NCBI GenBank assembly: GCA_964611295.1
Contig: CAZSWV010000001.1
Location: forward strand, 1,869 to 65,868
Length of the DNA: 64,000 nucleotides
Reading direction: 5' to 3'
Source of the DNA: an uncultured Thermodesulfobacteriota bacterium
GTDB lineage: Bacteria; Desulfobacterota; B13-G15
Part shown: piece by piece, positions 20,097-29,340 of the stretch
Layout of the letters: each line of letters begins with the position of its first letter
How positions within the stretch are numbered: the stretch's first letter is position 1
Made by a program: the position numbers and the translations under genes
Notes under the pieces: generated by a model
Databases searched by the model: none
What the model was told of the DNA's origin: nothing
The model's input: only the letters and a program-made list of their open reading frames with translations

Positions 20097-21481
20097 TGGA
20101 CTGCGGCATATTTGGGGTATACGGCCATCCCGAGGCAGCTAATCTCACTTACCTTGGACTTTACGCCTTGCAACACAGGGGCCAGGAAGGGGCAGGTATA
20201 GCCACTTCGGACGGCAAGGTCCTTTATTACCACAAAGGGATGGGGCTTGTGGCCGACATCTTCACCCAAGAGGTCTTGAAGAAGCTCCCAGGTCACCTGG
20301 CCATAGGACATGTACGTTATTCCACAGCAGGTGAAAGCCACCCTAAGAATTTGCAACCCCTTATCTTCGACTATTCTAGGGGGGGTGTGGCCATAGTCCA
20401 CAACGGTAACCTCACCAACGCTGGTCCCATAAGGAAGGCCTTGGAGGCAGATGGTGCCATCTTCCAGTCCACAACCGATACTGAGGTGATAGTGCACCTC
20501 TTCGCTAGGGAAAGGCGCTCCCAGAAGGCCGTTGAAAGGCTTATCTCAGCCCTGGGAAAAGTGGAGGGTGCCTACTCCCTATTGATGTTGACCGAAAAGG
20601 AGCTCATAGCCGCAAGGGACCCTTATGGTTTTAGACCCCTTGTAATGGGTAAGTTAAAAAAAGGCTGGGTAGTTGGTTCCGAGACCTGTGCCTTTGACCT
20701 GATAGGAGCAGAATTGGTCAGGGAAATCCAACCGGGTGAGGTGGTCTTGTTTGACGGCGATGGTCCTCATTCCTTTTTCCCCTTTCCAAAGGTGGAACCC
20801 AAGCAATGTATCTTCGAGTTCATCTATTTCGCCAGGCCAGATAGTTTCCTCTTTGGCGAAAGCGTTTACAAAGTACGCCGTCAAATGGGGATGGAATTAG
20901 CTGAGGAAGCCCCTGCACCTGCAGAAGTGGTCATACCTACTCCCGATTCAGGGCTGCCTGCAGCCATAGGTTTTTCCCATCGTTCAGGTATACCTTTGGA
21001 GCTTGGGATCATACGGAACCATTACGTGGGGAGGACCTTTATTGAGCCAAGCGACTCGATAAGGCATTTCGGTGTGAAGGTGAAGCTTAACGCCGTAAAG
21101 GAGGTGTTGAAAGGGAAGAGCATTGTGGTAGTGGATGACTCCATTGTGCGAGGTACAACCGTCAAGAAGAACATGCACATGTTGAGACAAGCCGGGGCAA
21201 GGGAGATACATGTGAGGATCAGCTCCCCTCCCATCGTAAGCCCTTGTTTTTATGGAATAGACACCCCTACAAAGGAAGAACTTATCGCGGCCAACCTGAG
21301 TATCGAAGAAATACGCGAGTTCCTTGGCGTAGAGAGTTTGAGTTACCTAAGCCTCGAAGGGCTTAAGAGGTGCGTAAAGGGCAGGGAGACACAATTCTGC
21401 TATGCGTGTTTTACGGGTTGTTATCCAGTAAGTCCTCCTAAAGAGAGGTTACAGCTTGGATTCTTTGCCAAAGAGGTGTGA
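20096..21481 (+). CDS. purF: amidophosphoribosyltransferase
   Basis: 461 aa with an (M)DCGIFGVYG Ntn-Cys N-terminus, GHVRYSTAG, the PRPP loop VVVDDSIVRGTT, and Fe-S Cys residues (CFYGIDTP). Confidence 0.96.
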   Translation: MDCGIFGVYGHPEAANLTYLGLYALQHRGQEGAGIATSDGKVLYYHKGMGLVADIFTQEVLKKLPGHLAIGHVRYSTAGESHPKNLQPLIFDYSRGGVAIVHNGNLTNAGPIRKALEADGAIFQSTTDTEVIVHLFARERRSQKAVERLISALGKVEGAYSLLMLTEKELIAARDPYGFRPLVMGKLKKGWVVGSETCAFDLIGAELVREIQPGEVVLFDGDGPHSFFPFPKVEPKQCIFEFIYFARPDSFLFGESVYKVRRQMGMELAEEAPAPAEVVIPTPDSGLPAAIGFSHRSGIPLELGIIRNHYVGRTFIEPSDSIRHFGVKVKLNAVKEVLKGKSIVVVDDSIVRGTTVKKNMHMLRQAGAREIHVRISSPPIVSPCFYGIDTPTKEELIAANLSIEEIREFLGVESLSYLSLEGLKRCVKGRETQFCYACFTGCYPVSPPKERLQLGFFAKEV

Positions 21482-21482
21482 C

Positions 21483-22073
21483 ATGGAAGGTTTAAAGGAA
21501 CGTTTGAAGGAAATTCTGCTTGAGCGTTCCTACGAGGAAGGGGATTTTGTGCTTTCTTCGGGAAGGAGGAGCAGTTATTACATCGACGCAAAACAGACTA
21601 CCCTTACTCCTGAGGGGGCTTACCTCTGTGGTGAGATCCTCTTCGAGATGATAAGGTCTTCCGATCCTGAGATCACTGCTGTTGGTGGTCCGACCCTAGG
21701 GGCCGATCCCCTTGTGACAGCTATATCCCTTATAAGCTACCTCAAAGGGCATCCCCTTTATGCCTTCATAATCCGCAAAGAGCCTAAAGGCCATGGCAAA
21801 GGGCTTTGGGTCGAAGGTTCAAAGGCCCTGAAGCCGGGGATGAAGGTGGCCCTAGTGGAGGATGTGGTGACCACCGGGGCGTCCTTGTTGAGGTGTATCG
21901 AGATATGCGAAGGGCTTGGGCTGAAGGTCGCCGGGGCCTTTGCTGTAATCGATAGGGAAGAAGGGGGGAGTGAGGCCCTTTTGGAAAGAGGTTATAAACT
22001 CGAAGCCATTTTCAGGAGGGGCGAACTTGTGGGAAAGGGAGGGGTTCATACAAAGCCAGGGATTGAGACTTAG
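21483..22073 (+). CDS. pyrE: orotate phosphoribosyltransferase
   Basis: Reads MEGLKERLKEILL... with PRPP motif VALVEDVVTTGAS. I chose ATG 21483, just after the purF stop, over the track start 21456. Confidence 0.9.
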   Translation: MEGLKERLKEILLERSYEEGDFVLSSGRRSSYYIDAKQTTLTPEGAYLCGEILFEMIRSSDPEITAVGGPTLGADPLVTAISLISYLKGHPLYAFIIRKEPKGHGKGLWVEGSKALKPGMKVALVEDVVTTGASLLRCIEICEGLGLKVAGAFAVIDREEGGSEALLERGYKLEAIFRRGELVGKGGVHTKPGIET

Positions 22074-22848
22074 GTACCTGGAAAAGGGGCAGGGAAAAGC
22101 GGTGGTTTTGTTGCATGGTTTTGGAGATTGCGCAAGGGTCTGGGAGTTCGTCCTGCCATACCTGGGAGATCGTGGGCGTTTTATAGCCCTTGACCAAAGG
22201 GGGCACGGTTTAAGCGACAGGGCTGACCTCCAAAGTTACAGTACCTTTGACTTCGTTCAGGACCTTCACGCCCTTCTTGAAACCTTGGGCCTTGATGAGG
22301 TGTGCCTGGTGGGGCACTCCATGGGCGGCAGGAACGCGATAGTATATGCGGCCCTTCATCCTCAAAGGGTAAAGAAGCTGGTGGTAATTGATTACGGACC
22401 AGAGCTTTCGGCCAAAGGTCGAAGGAGGATCGTCAGGGCTTTAAGGGAGAGAGGAGATGTCTTTCGTTTGGAAGACATGGCCAAGGCCTTAATAGAAGAA
22501 AACCCAAGGCTCACCCTGCAGAAGGCCTTCCTTTACCTAGAAAAGGTTACGCGTCCTTTAGGCGATGGGCTCCACAGTTGGCTCTGTGACAATAGGTTAT
22601 TTGAGCAAATGAGGAAGGGGAAGAGGGTCTTAAGGGATATAGACCTCAAGGAATTCTTGTCCAGGGTGAAGGTGCCTATCTTACTCATAAGGGGGAAAGA
22701 AAGTGACTTATTGGATGAAGAAGGGGTTGATGCCTTTTTGAAGTCAGCCCCTAATACGGAGTTGAGGGAGATCCACGGGGCAGGGCATGCGGTCCCTGTG
22801 GACAACCCCGAGGAGTTGGCCCGTGTCCTTCTGGAATTTATCGGTTAA
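21970..22848 (+). CDS. alpha/beta-fold hydrolase
   Basis: Has VVLLHGFGD, the nucleophile elbow GHSMGG, and C-terminal GAGHAVPVDNPEE. The track start overlaps pyrE by 104 nt, so the true start may be internal (e.g. TTG 22027). Confidence 0.85.
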   Translation: MRPFWKEVINSKPFSGGANLWEREGFIQSQGLRLRYLEKGQGKAVVLLHGFGDCARVWEFVLPYLGDRGRFIALDQRGHGLSDRADLQSYSTFDFVQDLHALLETLGLDEVCLVGHSMGGRNAIVYAALHPQRVKKLVVIDYGPELSAKGRRRIVRALRERGDVFRLEDMAKALIEENPRLTLQKAFLYLEKVTRPLGDGLHSWLCDNRLFEQMRKGKRVLRDIDLKEFLSRVKVPILLIRGKESDLLDEEGVDAFLKSAPNTELREIHGAGHAVPVDNPEELARVLLEFIG

Positions 22849-23500
22849 GGCCTTGGTGTTAGTAACGTCCTTTTTGTCCTTAGGTCTTATAGGGTGGACT
22901 TCTCCGCAGGTCTTTGAACTTCCTCAACCCAGGCTCAAAGGAAGGATGAGCCTTGAGGAGGCCTTAGCCCAAAGGAGGTCCATTAGGTCCTTCAAAGAGG
23001 GGCCTCTGAAGCTTTCCGAACTTTCCCAACTGCTGTGGGCGATGCAAGGGATTACCGATCCTCGTGGGCTAAGGACGGCTCCTTCTGCTGGGGCCACTTA
23101 TCCTTTGGAAATCTACGTTGTGGTAAGCAATATCCAAGGGCTTAGTCCAGGCGTTTACCACTACATGCCTCAAGGACACGGACTGGAAAGGATAGCCGAA
23201 GGTGATAAAAGGCAAGTCCTCTACGAAGCAGCTCTAAGACAAGCACCCGTCAAGACCGCTCCCCTTGTGGTTGTAATTGCCGCTGAATATGAGCGCACGG
23301 TCAGACGGTATGGGGAAAGGGGAATACGTTATGTCCACATGGAAGCTGGTCATGTAGCCCAGAATCTATGCCTTCAAGCCGTGGCGTTGGGACTAGGGAC
23401 GGTGCCTATAGGGGCTTTTGAGGACGAAGAGGTCAAAAACGTTTTAGGTTTACCAGAAGTCCACAAGCCCCTTTACCTTATTCCGGTGGGAAGGAGGTGA
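22787..23500 (+). CDS. SagB-type nitroreductase-superfamily dehydrogenase with N-terminal hydrophobic anchor/signal
   Basis: Has RRSIRSF and PSAGATYPLEIYV motifs, preceded by the hydrophobic KALVLVTSFLSLGLIGW. The true start is probably TTG/GTG near 22853-22858, just after the hydrolase stop. Confidence 0.8.
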   Translation: MRSLWTTPRSWPVSFWNLSVKALVLVTSFLSLGLIGWTSPQVFELPQPRLKGRMSLEEALAQRRSIRSFKEGPLKLSELSQLLWAMQGITDPRGLRTAPSAGATYPLEIYVVVSNIQGLSPGVYHYMPQGHGLERIAEGDKRQVLYEAALRQAPVKTAPLVVVIAAEYERTVRRYGERGIRYVHMEAGHVAQNLCLQAVALGLGTVPIGAFEDEEVKNVLGLPEVHKPLYLIPVGRR

Positions 23501-23505
23501 GGGGT

Positions 23506-23727
23506 ATGTGCTGGAGAGAAGTCTTCGAATTTGGTCCCTTCGGTTTTGGCCTATGGTGGGGTACGCCTTTTAAGGTCCATTATTCTTCGGAAGGTGGCAG
23601 GAACGTCCTCCGCATAAAGCTAAAGGGCAAGGTCAAAAAGGAAGACGTAAAAGTTAGGCTTTCTCCCGAAGGAGTCCTTGAGATCAGCTGGCCTTCCGGG
23701 AATTGGGAGGAAGTAGAGGTAGAATAA
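23506..23727 (+). CDS. small hypothetical protein (73 aa), faint Hsp20/alpha-crystallin-like beta-strand pattern
   Basis: ATG 23506 lies 8 nt after GGAGG. The Trp/Phe/Gly-rich N-terminus (FEFGPFGFGLWWG) is followed by LRIKLKGKVKKEDVKVRLSPEGVLEISW. I recognise no confident family. Confidence 0.45.
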   Translation: MCWREVFEFGPFGFGLWWGTPFKVHYSSEGGRNVLRIKLKGKVKKEDVKVRLSPEGVLEISWPSGNWEEVEVE

Positions 23728-23731
23728 ACCC

Positions 23732-23809
23732 TGGCGTCCCCAGGGGGATTTGAACCCCCGTCGCCGGCGTGAAAGGCCGGTATCCTGGGCCTGGCTAGAC
23801 GATGGGGAC
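23732..23809 (-). tRNA. tRNA-Glu (anticodon UUC), CCA encoded
   Basis: The reverse complement reads GTCCCCATCGTCTAGCCAGGCCCAGGATACCGGCCTTTCACGCCGGCGACGGGGGTTCAAATCCCCCTGGGGACGCCA. It has a 7-bp acceptor stem, an anticodon stem CCGGC/GCCGG with loop CTTTCAC, and a T-arm GGGGG-TTCAAAT-CCCCC. Confidence 0.93.
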
Positions 23810-23844
23810 GCTACAGTGGAAAATAGTTTAGGGTCTCTTTAGCC

Positions 23845-26800
23845 TTGAGTCAAGGGATAAAGGCGATAAAACTTTATGGTGTCAGGCAGAACAACCTCAA
23901 GGGATTCGACCTCGAGATCCCTTTATATGCCCTTACTGTAATTACTGGCGTTTCAGGAGCAGGTAAGTCCTCCCTTGCCTTTGGTACCCTTTATGCAGAA
24001 GGACAAAGGCGTTATGTGGAGACTTTTTCCCCCTATGCCAGGCAGTTCATGGAGAAGGTGGACAAACCCAACGTAGAGCGGATCGAGGGCATCCCGCCTG
24101 CGATAGCCATTGAGCAAGGTGACCCTGTCAAAAGCTCAAGGTCTACCGTGGGTACCATGACCGAGATCACGGATTATGTGAAGTTGCTCTTCCCGAGGAT
24201 CGCTACCCTTTACTGTAAAAGTTGCGGCAGGCCGGTGAGACGTTACACACCTGAGGAGGCCTTTGAAGAACTTCGGCCCCTATTGAGGGGAGGAGAGGAA
24301 GTAGTGGTCACCTTTAAGTGGAAAAGGGGTAAAGGAGCCCTTTTGGCCCAAGGGTTTTACAGGGTATGGCAGAGGGGAGAGGTTGTCCCTTTGGAAAGGG
24401 CTGAGGAATCCCCCGTACTTGAGGTAATTGCTGACAGGCTGATTTACAAGGACGAGGAAAAGTCAAGGCTTATTGAGTCCTTTGAGATGGCCCAGAAATG
24501 GGGGGAAGGGAGGTACTCAGTACACCTCCCTGAAGGTAGTTTCCTTTTTTCTCAGGAGCTCGAGTGTCCTTATTGTGAGGTGACTTACAGGGATCCGGTG
24601 CCGAACCTCTTTAGTTTTAACTCTCCTATTGGGGCTTGTGAACGCTGTAAAGGCTTTGGGAGGATAATCGACATAGATTTGGACCTAGTCGTTCCAGATC
24701 CGAATAAGTCCATCCTCCAAGGGGCGATAAAGCCATGGACAGGGGTGGCTAGAGAGGAATTTGAAGACCTTCTTGAGTTCTGTAGGCGAAAGCGCATTCC
24801 AGTTAACGTACCCTGGAAGGACCTTTCAGACGAGCACAAGATGGCCATAATAGAAGGGGACGGGACCTTTTACGGTATAAAGGGCTTTTTCGAATGGCTC
24901 GAAACCAAAAAATACAAACTCCATGTGAGGGTCTTCCTTTCCCGTTACAGGGGTTATCTTCCCTGTCCGCAATGTGGTGGGACCCGGTTCAAAGCTGAAA
25001 CCCTACTTTGGCGGATCAGGGGCAAGAACATCGCAGAGATCTATGCCATGAAGGTAGAGGAAGCCTATGAGTTTTTTGAAAACTTGGCCAGTATGGAACT
25101 GGATGAGGCTTCCAAGCTGTTAATAGAAGAGGTCAAGAGAAGGCTAAAGTACCTCCTGGAGGTGGGTCTCGGTTATCTCACCCTTGACCGACAATCTAGG
25201 ACCCTGTCGGGTGGGGAGGTACAGAGGATAAGCCTCACCAAGGCCTTGGCCTCGTCGCTTGTTAACACCCTTTACGTATTGGATGAGCCTACCGTGGGAC
25301 TTCATGCTTACGACAGTCGCAGGCTTTTGGGACTTCTCAAGAAACTCAGGGATCAAGGAAATACGGTCGTGGTAGTGGAACATGACCCAGAGATCATCAG
25401 AGGGGCCGACTACGTAGTGGACCTGGGGCCTGGGGCAGGGGAAAAGGGAGGAGAGCTTATCTACAGTGGTCCCCCTTCGGGGCTTCTGAAGGAGGAGAGG
25501 TCCCTTACCGGAAAGTACCTTAGCGGCCAACTCAAGATCCCTTTGCCAGATAAAAGGCGTACCCCTTATGGTTGGCTCCTCGTTAAGAATGCAAGGGAAC
25601 ACAACCTCAAAGGTATCCATGTGAGGATCCCCTTGGGTGTAATGGTGGCTGTGACAGGAGTTTCGGGCTCGGGGAAATCCACCCTTGTTGTGGATGTACT
25701 CTATAGGGGCCTTAAGCGCATTAAGGGAGAACCTGAGGAACGCCCAGGGGAGTTTGATGCCATTGAGGGGGAAAGCCTTTTGGAGGACGTGGTCCTTGTA
25801 GATCAGAGGCCTCCTGCGCGGACGCCTAGGGCCACGCCTGTTACTTACATCAAGGCATATGAGCCTATAAGGAAGGCCTTTGCTTCTTTGCCCTTGGCAA
25901 AGGAAAGGGGGTTTACCACCCAACACTTTTCCTTCAATTCCACGTTGGGACGTTGTCCAGAGTGTCTCGGGGCAGGTTTCCAAGAAGTAGAGATGCAGTT
26001 TTTGTCAAACGTCCTGTTACGCTGCCCCAGATGTGGAGGGAAGCGTTTTAAACAAGAAGTCCTCGAAGTCACCTACAAAGGGAAAAACATAGCCGATGTG
26101 CTCGATATGACAGTGGATGAAGCCATGGGTTTCTTTGACGACCCCAAGGTGGCCTTGGCCTTAAGGCCCCTTGTCGAAGTAGGGCTTGGGTACCTCAAGC
26201 TCGGTCAACCTTTGAGCACCCTTTCAGGTGGGGAGGCCCAGAGGTTGAAATTGGCAAGGTTCATGAAAGAAGGGGTCAAGGGGAGGACACTTTTCATCTT
26301 CGATGAACCTACCATAGGGCTACACCCCTCTGACATCTTAAAGCTCCTTGAAGCCTTCAACCGCCTCCTTCGTAAAGGGCATACGGTGCTTGTGGTTGAG
26401 CATAACCCTGAGGTCATAAAGGTAGCCGATTGGGTCATAGACTTAGGGCCTGAGGGAGGTGACAGGGGTGGTTGGGTGGTGGCAGAAGGTACACCCGAGG
26501 AAGTGGCTCGTAAGGATACCTATACGGGACAGGTGCTTAGGGAGTACTTGGAGGCGAGGGTATATACCTTTAAGGAAGAGAGGCCTAAGGAGAAGGGGGT
26601 GGTTGAGGACGTAATAAAGATCAGGGGAGCAAGGGAGCACAACCTCAAAGGGATAGACCTCGATATCCCTCGGGGGAAGATGATAGCCATCACAGGGGTT
26701 TCGGGTTCAGGGAAATCCACCCTTGCCTTTGACATCCTCTTTTCAGAAGGGCAGAGGCGTTATCTGGAATGTCTACCCAATTACATAAGGCAATACCTCA

Positions 26801-29340
26801 AAATCATGGATAGGCCGGACGTGGACCTGGTTGAGGGAATACCGCCTACTGTGGCCATAGAGCAAAGGACGAGTCAGAGCAACAGGCGTTCGACGGTAGC
26901 GACCCTCACCGAGATTTACCATTACCTTAGGCTCCTTTGGAGCAAACTGGGGGTGCAGTATTGTCCAGGTTGTGGCTTCCCTATAGAAGGACATACTGAG
27001 GAAGGGGTGGTAGAAGAGGTCCTTAGGCGCTTTGAGGGAAGGGAGGTGACCCTCTTGGTGCCGGTTGTCCTACAAAGGAAAGGGTATCACAGGGAGCTGT
27101 TCGAAAGGCTCAAGAGGCTCGGCATAAGGGAAGTAGTGGTAGATGGCAAGGTTATGAGGCTTGAAGCCGTTCCAGAATTGGAGAGGTACAAAGAACACAG
27201 CGTCGAGGCTGTACTTGGCAAAGTCCTTATCAAGAGGGATACGGAAAGGCTTTTACGTTTTGGGCTTGAGTTGGGAAAAGGATGGCTTAAGGTGAAGGAG
27301 GCCACAGGAGAAGAGCACCTCTTCAGCACTAAACTTTACTGTCACCGTTGCCATAGGGGATTTGAACCTCTTGACCCGAGGTTGTTTTCCTTCAATAGCC
27401 CAAAGGGTGCTTGCCCTGACTGTCATGGTTTAGGGGGGGTAGAGGACTTCCTCCTTGAGCTTTTGGTTCCAGATCCTTCAAGGCCCCTTTGTAAGGCCTT
27501 TGCGCCTTTCCAACATAAGGACCTGACACGGGAAGGATTAAGGGTTTTGCGGGAACTCGAAGCTAAATTAGGTATAGGGCCTGATGTGCCTTTTTCGAGT
27601 TTAACAGAAAAGTTAAAAAGGGAAGTCCTTTACGGCGGTAGGGGATTCAAAGGGGTTATCCCTATACTTAGGGGGATCGAGGAGTACCTTAGCGATGAGG
27701 TAGGTGAGCTCCTTAAGGAATACAAGGGCTTCAAGGCCTGTAGCCGCTGTGGTGGTAAAAGGTTAAGGGAAGAGGCCCTTTGGGTAAAGCTTAAGGGATG
27801 GGGCATAGGCGATTTTGTGGCCTTAAGCGTAAGCGAGGCAAAAGGGGTAATGGAAGGATGGAAGTTTGAGCCGTGGGAATGGGAAGTGGCCGAAGGGGTA
27901 GTAAGGGAGGTCCTTTCGAGATTGGGATTTCTTGAAGAGGTGGGCCTTGGGTACATAAACCTTGACAGGAGTGGAGACACCCTTTCAGGCGGTGAGGCCC
28001 AAAGGGTGAGGCTTGCGGCCCAACTGGGGTCAAACCTTTGGGGGGTATGTTACGTGCTGGATGAACCGACCATAGGGCTTCATCCTCGTGATAACGCCCT
28101 TCTGCTTTCGGCCCTTGAAAAGCTCAAAGAGAAAGGGAATACGGTCATCGTGGTAGAGCACGACCCAGAGACCATTAAAAGAGCCGATCACATAATCGAC
28201 CTCGGTCCAGGAGCAGGTCCAAAAGGAGGGGAAATAGTCGCCCAGGGAAGTCTAACTGAGGTCTTGAATTCTCCGCTTTCTATCACCGGCAAGTACCTAC
28301 GGGAGGCAAAAAGGGAAATCACCTCGAGGTTGAGGAGCCCTGCGGGATGGGTTGAGGTGATTGGGGCAAAGAAGTTCAACCTCAAAGGGATCAACGTAAG
28401 GATTCCTTTGGGGACCTTTACTTGTGTGACTGGTGTTTCTGGTTCAGGTAAGTCCACCTTGGTAAGGGAAATACTCTACAAGGGTTTGAAGGGACTACTC
28501 CGAGGCGATGGGTTTGTGAAGGATGGTTTTGAGGAGATCAGGGGATGGGAACAATTAAAGAGGGTAGCGGAGGTAGACCACTCTCCTATAGGCAGGACAC
28601 CGAGGTCCACGCCAGCTACCTATGTGGGGGTTTTTGACGAAATAAGGCGTCTTTTCAGCCAAGTGCCCGAATCGCGGCGCCGAGGCTGGACACCCGGGAG
28701 GTTCTCCTTTAACGTAAAAGGAGGACGTTGTGAGACCTGTGGGGGGCAGGGCAAGATAAAAGTTGAAATGGAATTTTTACCCGACGTCTATGTGCTTTGT
28801 GAGGAATGTCAGGGGCGCCGATATAACGAAGAGACCCTTTCGGTCTGCTACAAGGGCAAAAACATCTACGAGGTACTCCAGATGGACTTCGAAGAGGGAC
28901 TTGGGTTTTTCTCCTCGGTGCCTAGCATAAGGAGGGTACTGGAACTTTTAGTGGACATAGGCCTTGGTTACCTCACCTTTGGTCAACCAAGCCCAGAGCT
29001 TTCCGGTGGCGAGGCCCAGAGGATAAAACTAGTAAAGGAACTCTCAAGCCCTTCACGCGGTACCCTTTATATATTGGATGAACCAACCACGGGCCTCCAC
29101 ATGGCCGATATTCAAAGGCTACTTGACATCTTCCACAGGTTAGTGGATAGAGGCGATACAGTCCTTGTCATAGAACACAACCTTGACGTCATAAAGGAAG
29201 CCGATTGGATCATAGACCTCGGTCCTGAAGGCGGTAAAGAAGGAGGATACCTCCTTTTCGAAGGTACCCCCCTTGAACTCCTGAATTGCCAGAGGTCTTA
29301 TACCGCAGAGGCCCTTAGGCGTTATCTTCGAGGAGATTAG
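23845..29340 (+). CDS. tandem (head-to-tail fused) UvrA-like excinuclease ABC subunit A, 1831 aa
   Basis: Two complete UvrA units lie in one frame, at roughly aa 1-905 and 922-1831. There are four Walker A sites (GVSGAGKSS plus 3x GVSGSGKST) and four LSGGE signature motifs. Each unit has zinc-module cysteines (CKSC/CPYC/CERC/CPQC and CPGC/CHRC/CPDC/CSRC). The putative start is TTG. Confidence 0.9.
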   Translation: MSQGIKAIKLYGVRQNNLKGFDLEIPLYALTVITGVSGAGKSSLAFGTLYAEGQRRYVETFSPYARQFMEKVDKPNVERIEGIPPAIAIEQGDPVKSSRSTVGTMTEITDYVKLLFPRIATLYCKSCGRPVRRYTPEEAFEELRPLLRGGEEVVVTFKWKRGKGALLAQGFYRVWQRGEVVPLERAEESPVLEVIADRLIYKDEEKSRLIESFEMAQKWGEGRYSVHLPEGSFLFSQELECPYCEVTYRDPVPNLFSFNSPIGACERCKGFGRIIDIDLDLVVPDPNKSILQGAIKPWTGVAREEFEDLLEFCRRKRIPVNVPWKDLSDEHKMAIIEGDGTFYGIKGFFEWLETKKYKLHVRVFLSRYRGYLPCPQCGGTRFKAETLLWRIRGKNIAEIYAMKVEEAYEFFENLASMELDEASKLLIEEVKRRLKYLLEVGLGYLTLDRQSRTLSGGEVQRISLTKALASSLVNTLYVLDEPTVGLHAYDSRRLLGLLKKLRDQGNTVVVVEHDPEIIRGADYVVDLGPGAGEKGGELIYSGPPSGLLKEERSLTGKYLSGQLKIPLPDKRRTPYGWLLVKNAREHNLKGIHVRIPLGVMVAVTGVSGSGKSTLVVDVLYRGLKRIKGEPEERPGEFDAIEGESLLEDVVLVDQRPPARTPRATPVTYIKAYEPIRKAFASLPLAKERGFTTQHFSFNSTLGRCPECLGAGFQEVEMQFLSNVLLRCPRCGGKRFKQEVLEVTYKGKNIADVLDMTVDEAMGFFDDPKVALALRPLVEVGLGYLKLGQPLSTLSGGEAQRLKLARFMKEGVKGRTLFIFDEPTIGLHPSDILKLLEAFNRLLRKGHTVLVVEHNPEVIKVADWVIDLGPEGGDRGGWVVAEGTPEEVARKDTYTGQVLREYLEARVYTFKEERPKEKGVVEDVIKIRGAREHNLKGIDLDIPRGKMIAITGVSGSGKSTLAFDILFSEGQRRYLECLPNYIRQYLKIMDRPDVDLVEGIPPTVAIEQRTSQSNRRSTVATLTEIYHYLRLLWSKLGVQYCPGCGFPIEGHTEEGVVEEVLRRFEGREVTLLVPVVLQRKGYHRELFERLKRLGIREVVVDGKVMRLEAVPELERYKEHSVEAVLGKVLIKRDTERLLRFGLELGKGWLKVKEATGEEHLFSTKLYCHRCHRGFEPLDPRLFSFNSPKGACPDCHGLGGVEDFLLELLVPDPSRPLCKAFAPFQHKDLTREGLRVLRELEAKLGIGPDVPFSSLTEKLKREVLYGGRGFKGVIPILRGIEEYLSDEVGELLKEYKGFKACSRCGGKRLREEALWVKLKGWGIGDFVALSVSEAKGVMEGWKFEPWEWEVAEGVVREVLSRLGFLEEVGLGYINLDRSGDTLSGGEAQRVRLAAQLGSNLWGVCYVLDEPTIGLHPRDNALLLSALEKLKEKGNTVIVVEHDPETIKRADHIIDLGPGAGPKGGEIVAQGSLTEVLNSPLSITGKYLREAKREITSRLRSPAGWVEVIGAKKFNLKGINVRIPLGTFTCVTGVSGSGKSTLVREILYKGLKGLLRGDGFVKDGFEEIRGWEQLKRVAEVDHSPIGRTPRSTPATYVGVFDEIRRLFSQVPESRRRGWTPGRFSFNVKGGRCETCGGQGKIKVEMEFLPDVYVLCEECQGRRYNEETLSVCYKGKNIYEVLQMDFEEGLGFFSSVPSIRRVLELLVDIGLGYLTFGQPSPELSGGEAQRIKLVKELSSPSRGTLYILDEPTTGLHMADIQRLLDIFHRLVDRGDTVLVIEHNLDVIKEADWIIDLGPEGGKEGGYLLFEGTPLELLNCQRSYTAEALRRYLRGD

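Noticed and set aside
21970-22073. 104-nt overlap of pyrE and the alpha/beta hydrolase as a sign of a frameshift or pseudogene
   Set aside because: Both proteins are full length with intact motifs. The overlap is more simply explained by an internal non-ATG start for the hydrolase (e.g. TTG 22027).
22787-23727. SagB-type dehydrogenase plus small ORF as a thiazole/oxazole-modified peptide (TOMM/RiPP) cluster
   Set aside because: No YcaO/cyclodehydratase or docking-protein gene is nearby. The 73-aa ORF also lacks a Cys/Ser/Thr-rich core region.
23728-23844. tRNA-Glu as an integration hotspot or genomic-island boundary
   Set aside because: No integrase, direct repeat of the tRNA 3' end, or compositional break is visible on either side. 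The flanking genes are ordinary chromosomal genes.
25144-25983. 279-aa minus-strand ORF inside the UvrA-like gene
   Set aside because: It is antisense to a region with unmistakable ABC/UvrA motifs on the + strand. Its sequence is low-complexity and Pro/Arg/Leu-rich with no recognisable motif, typical of a shadow ORF.
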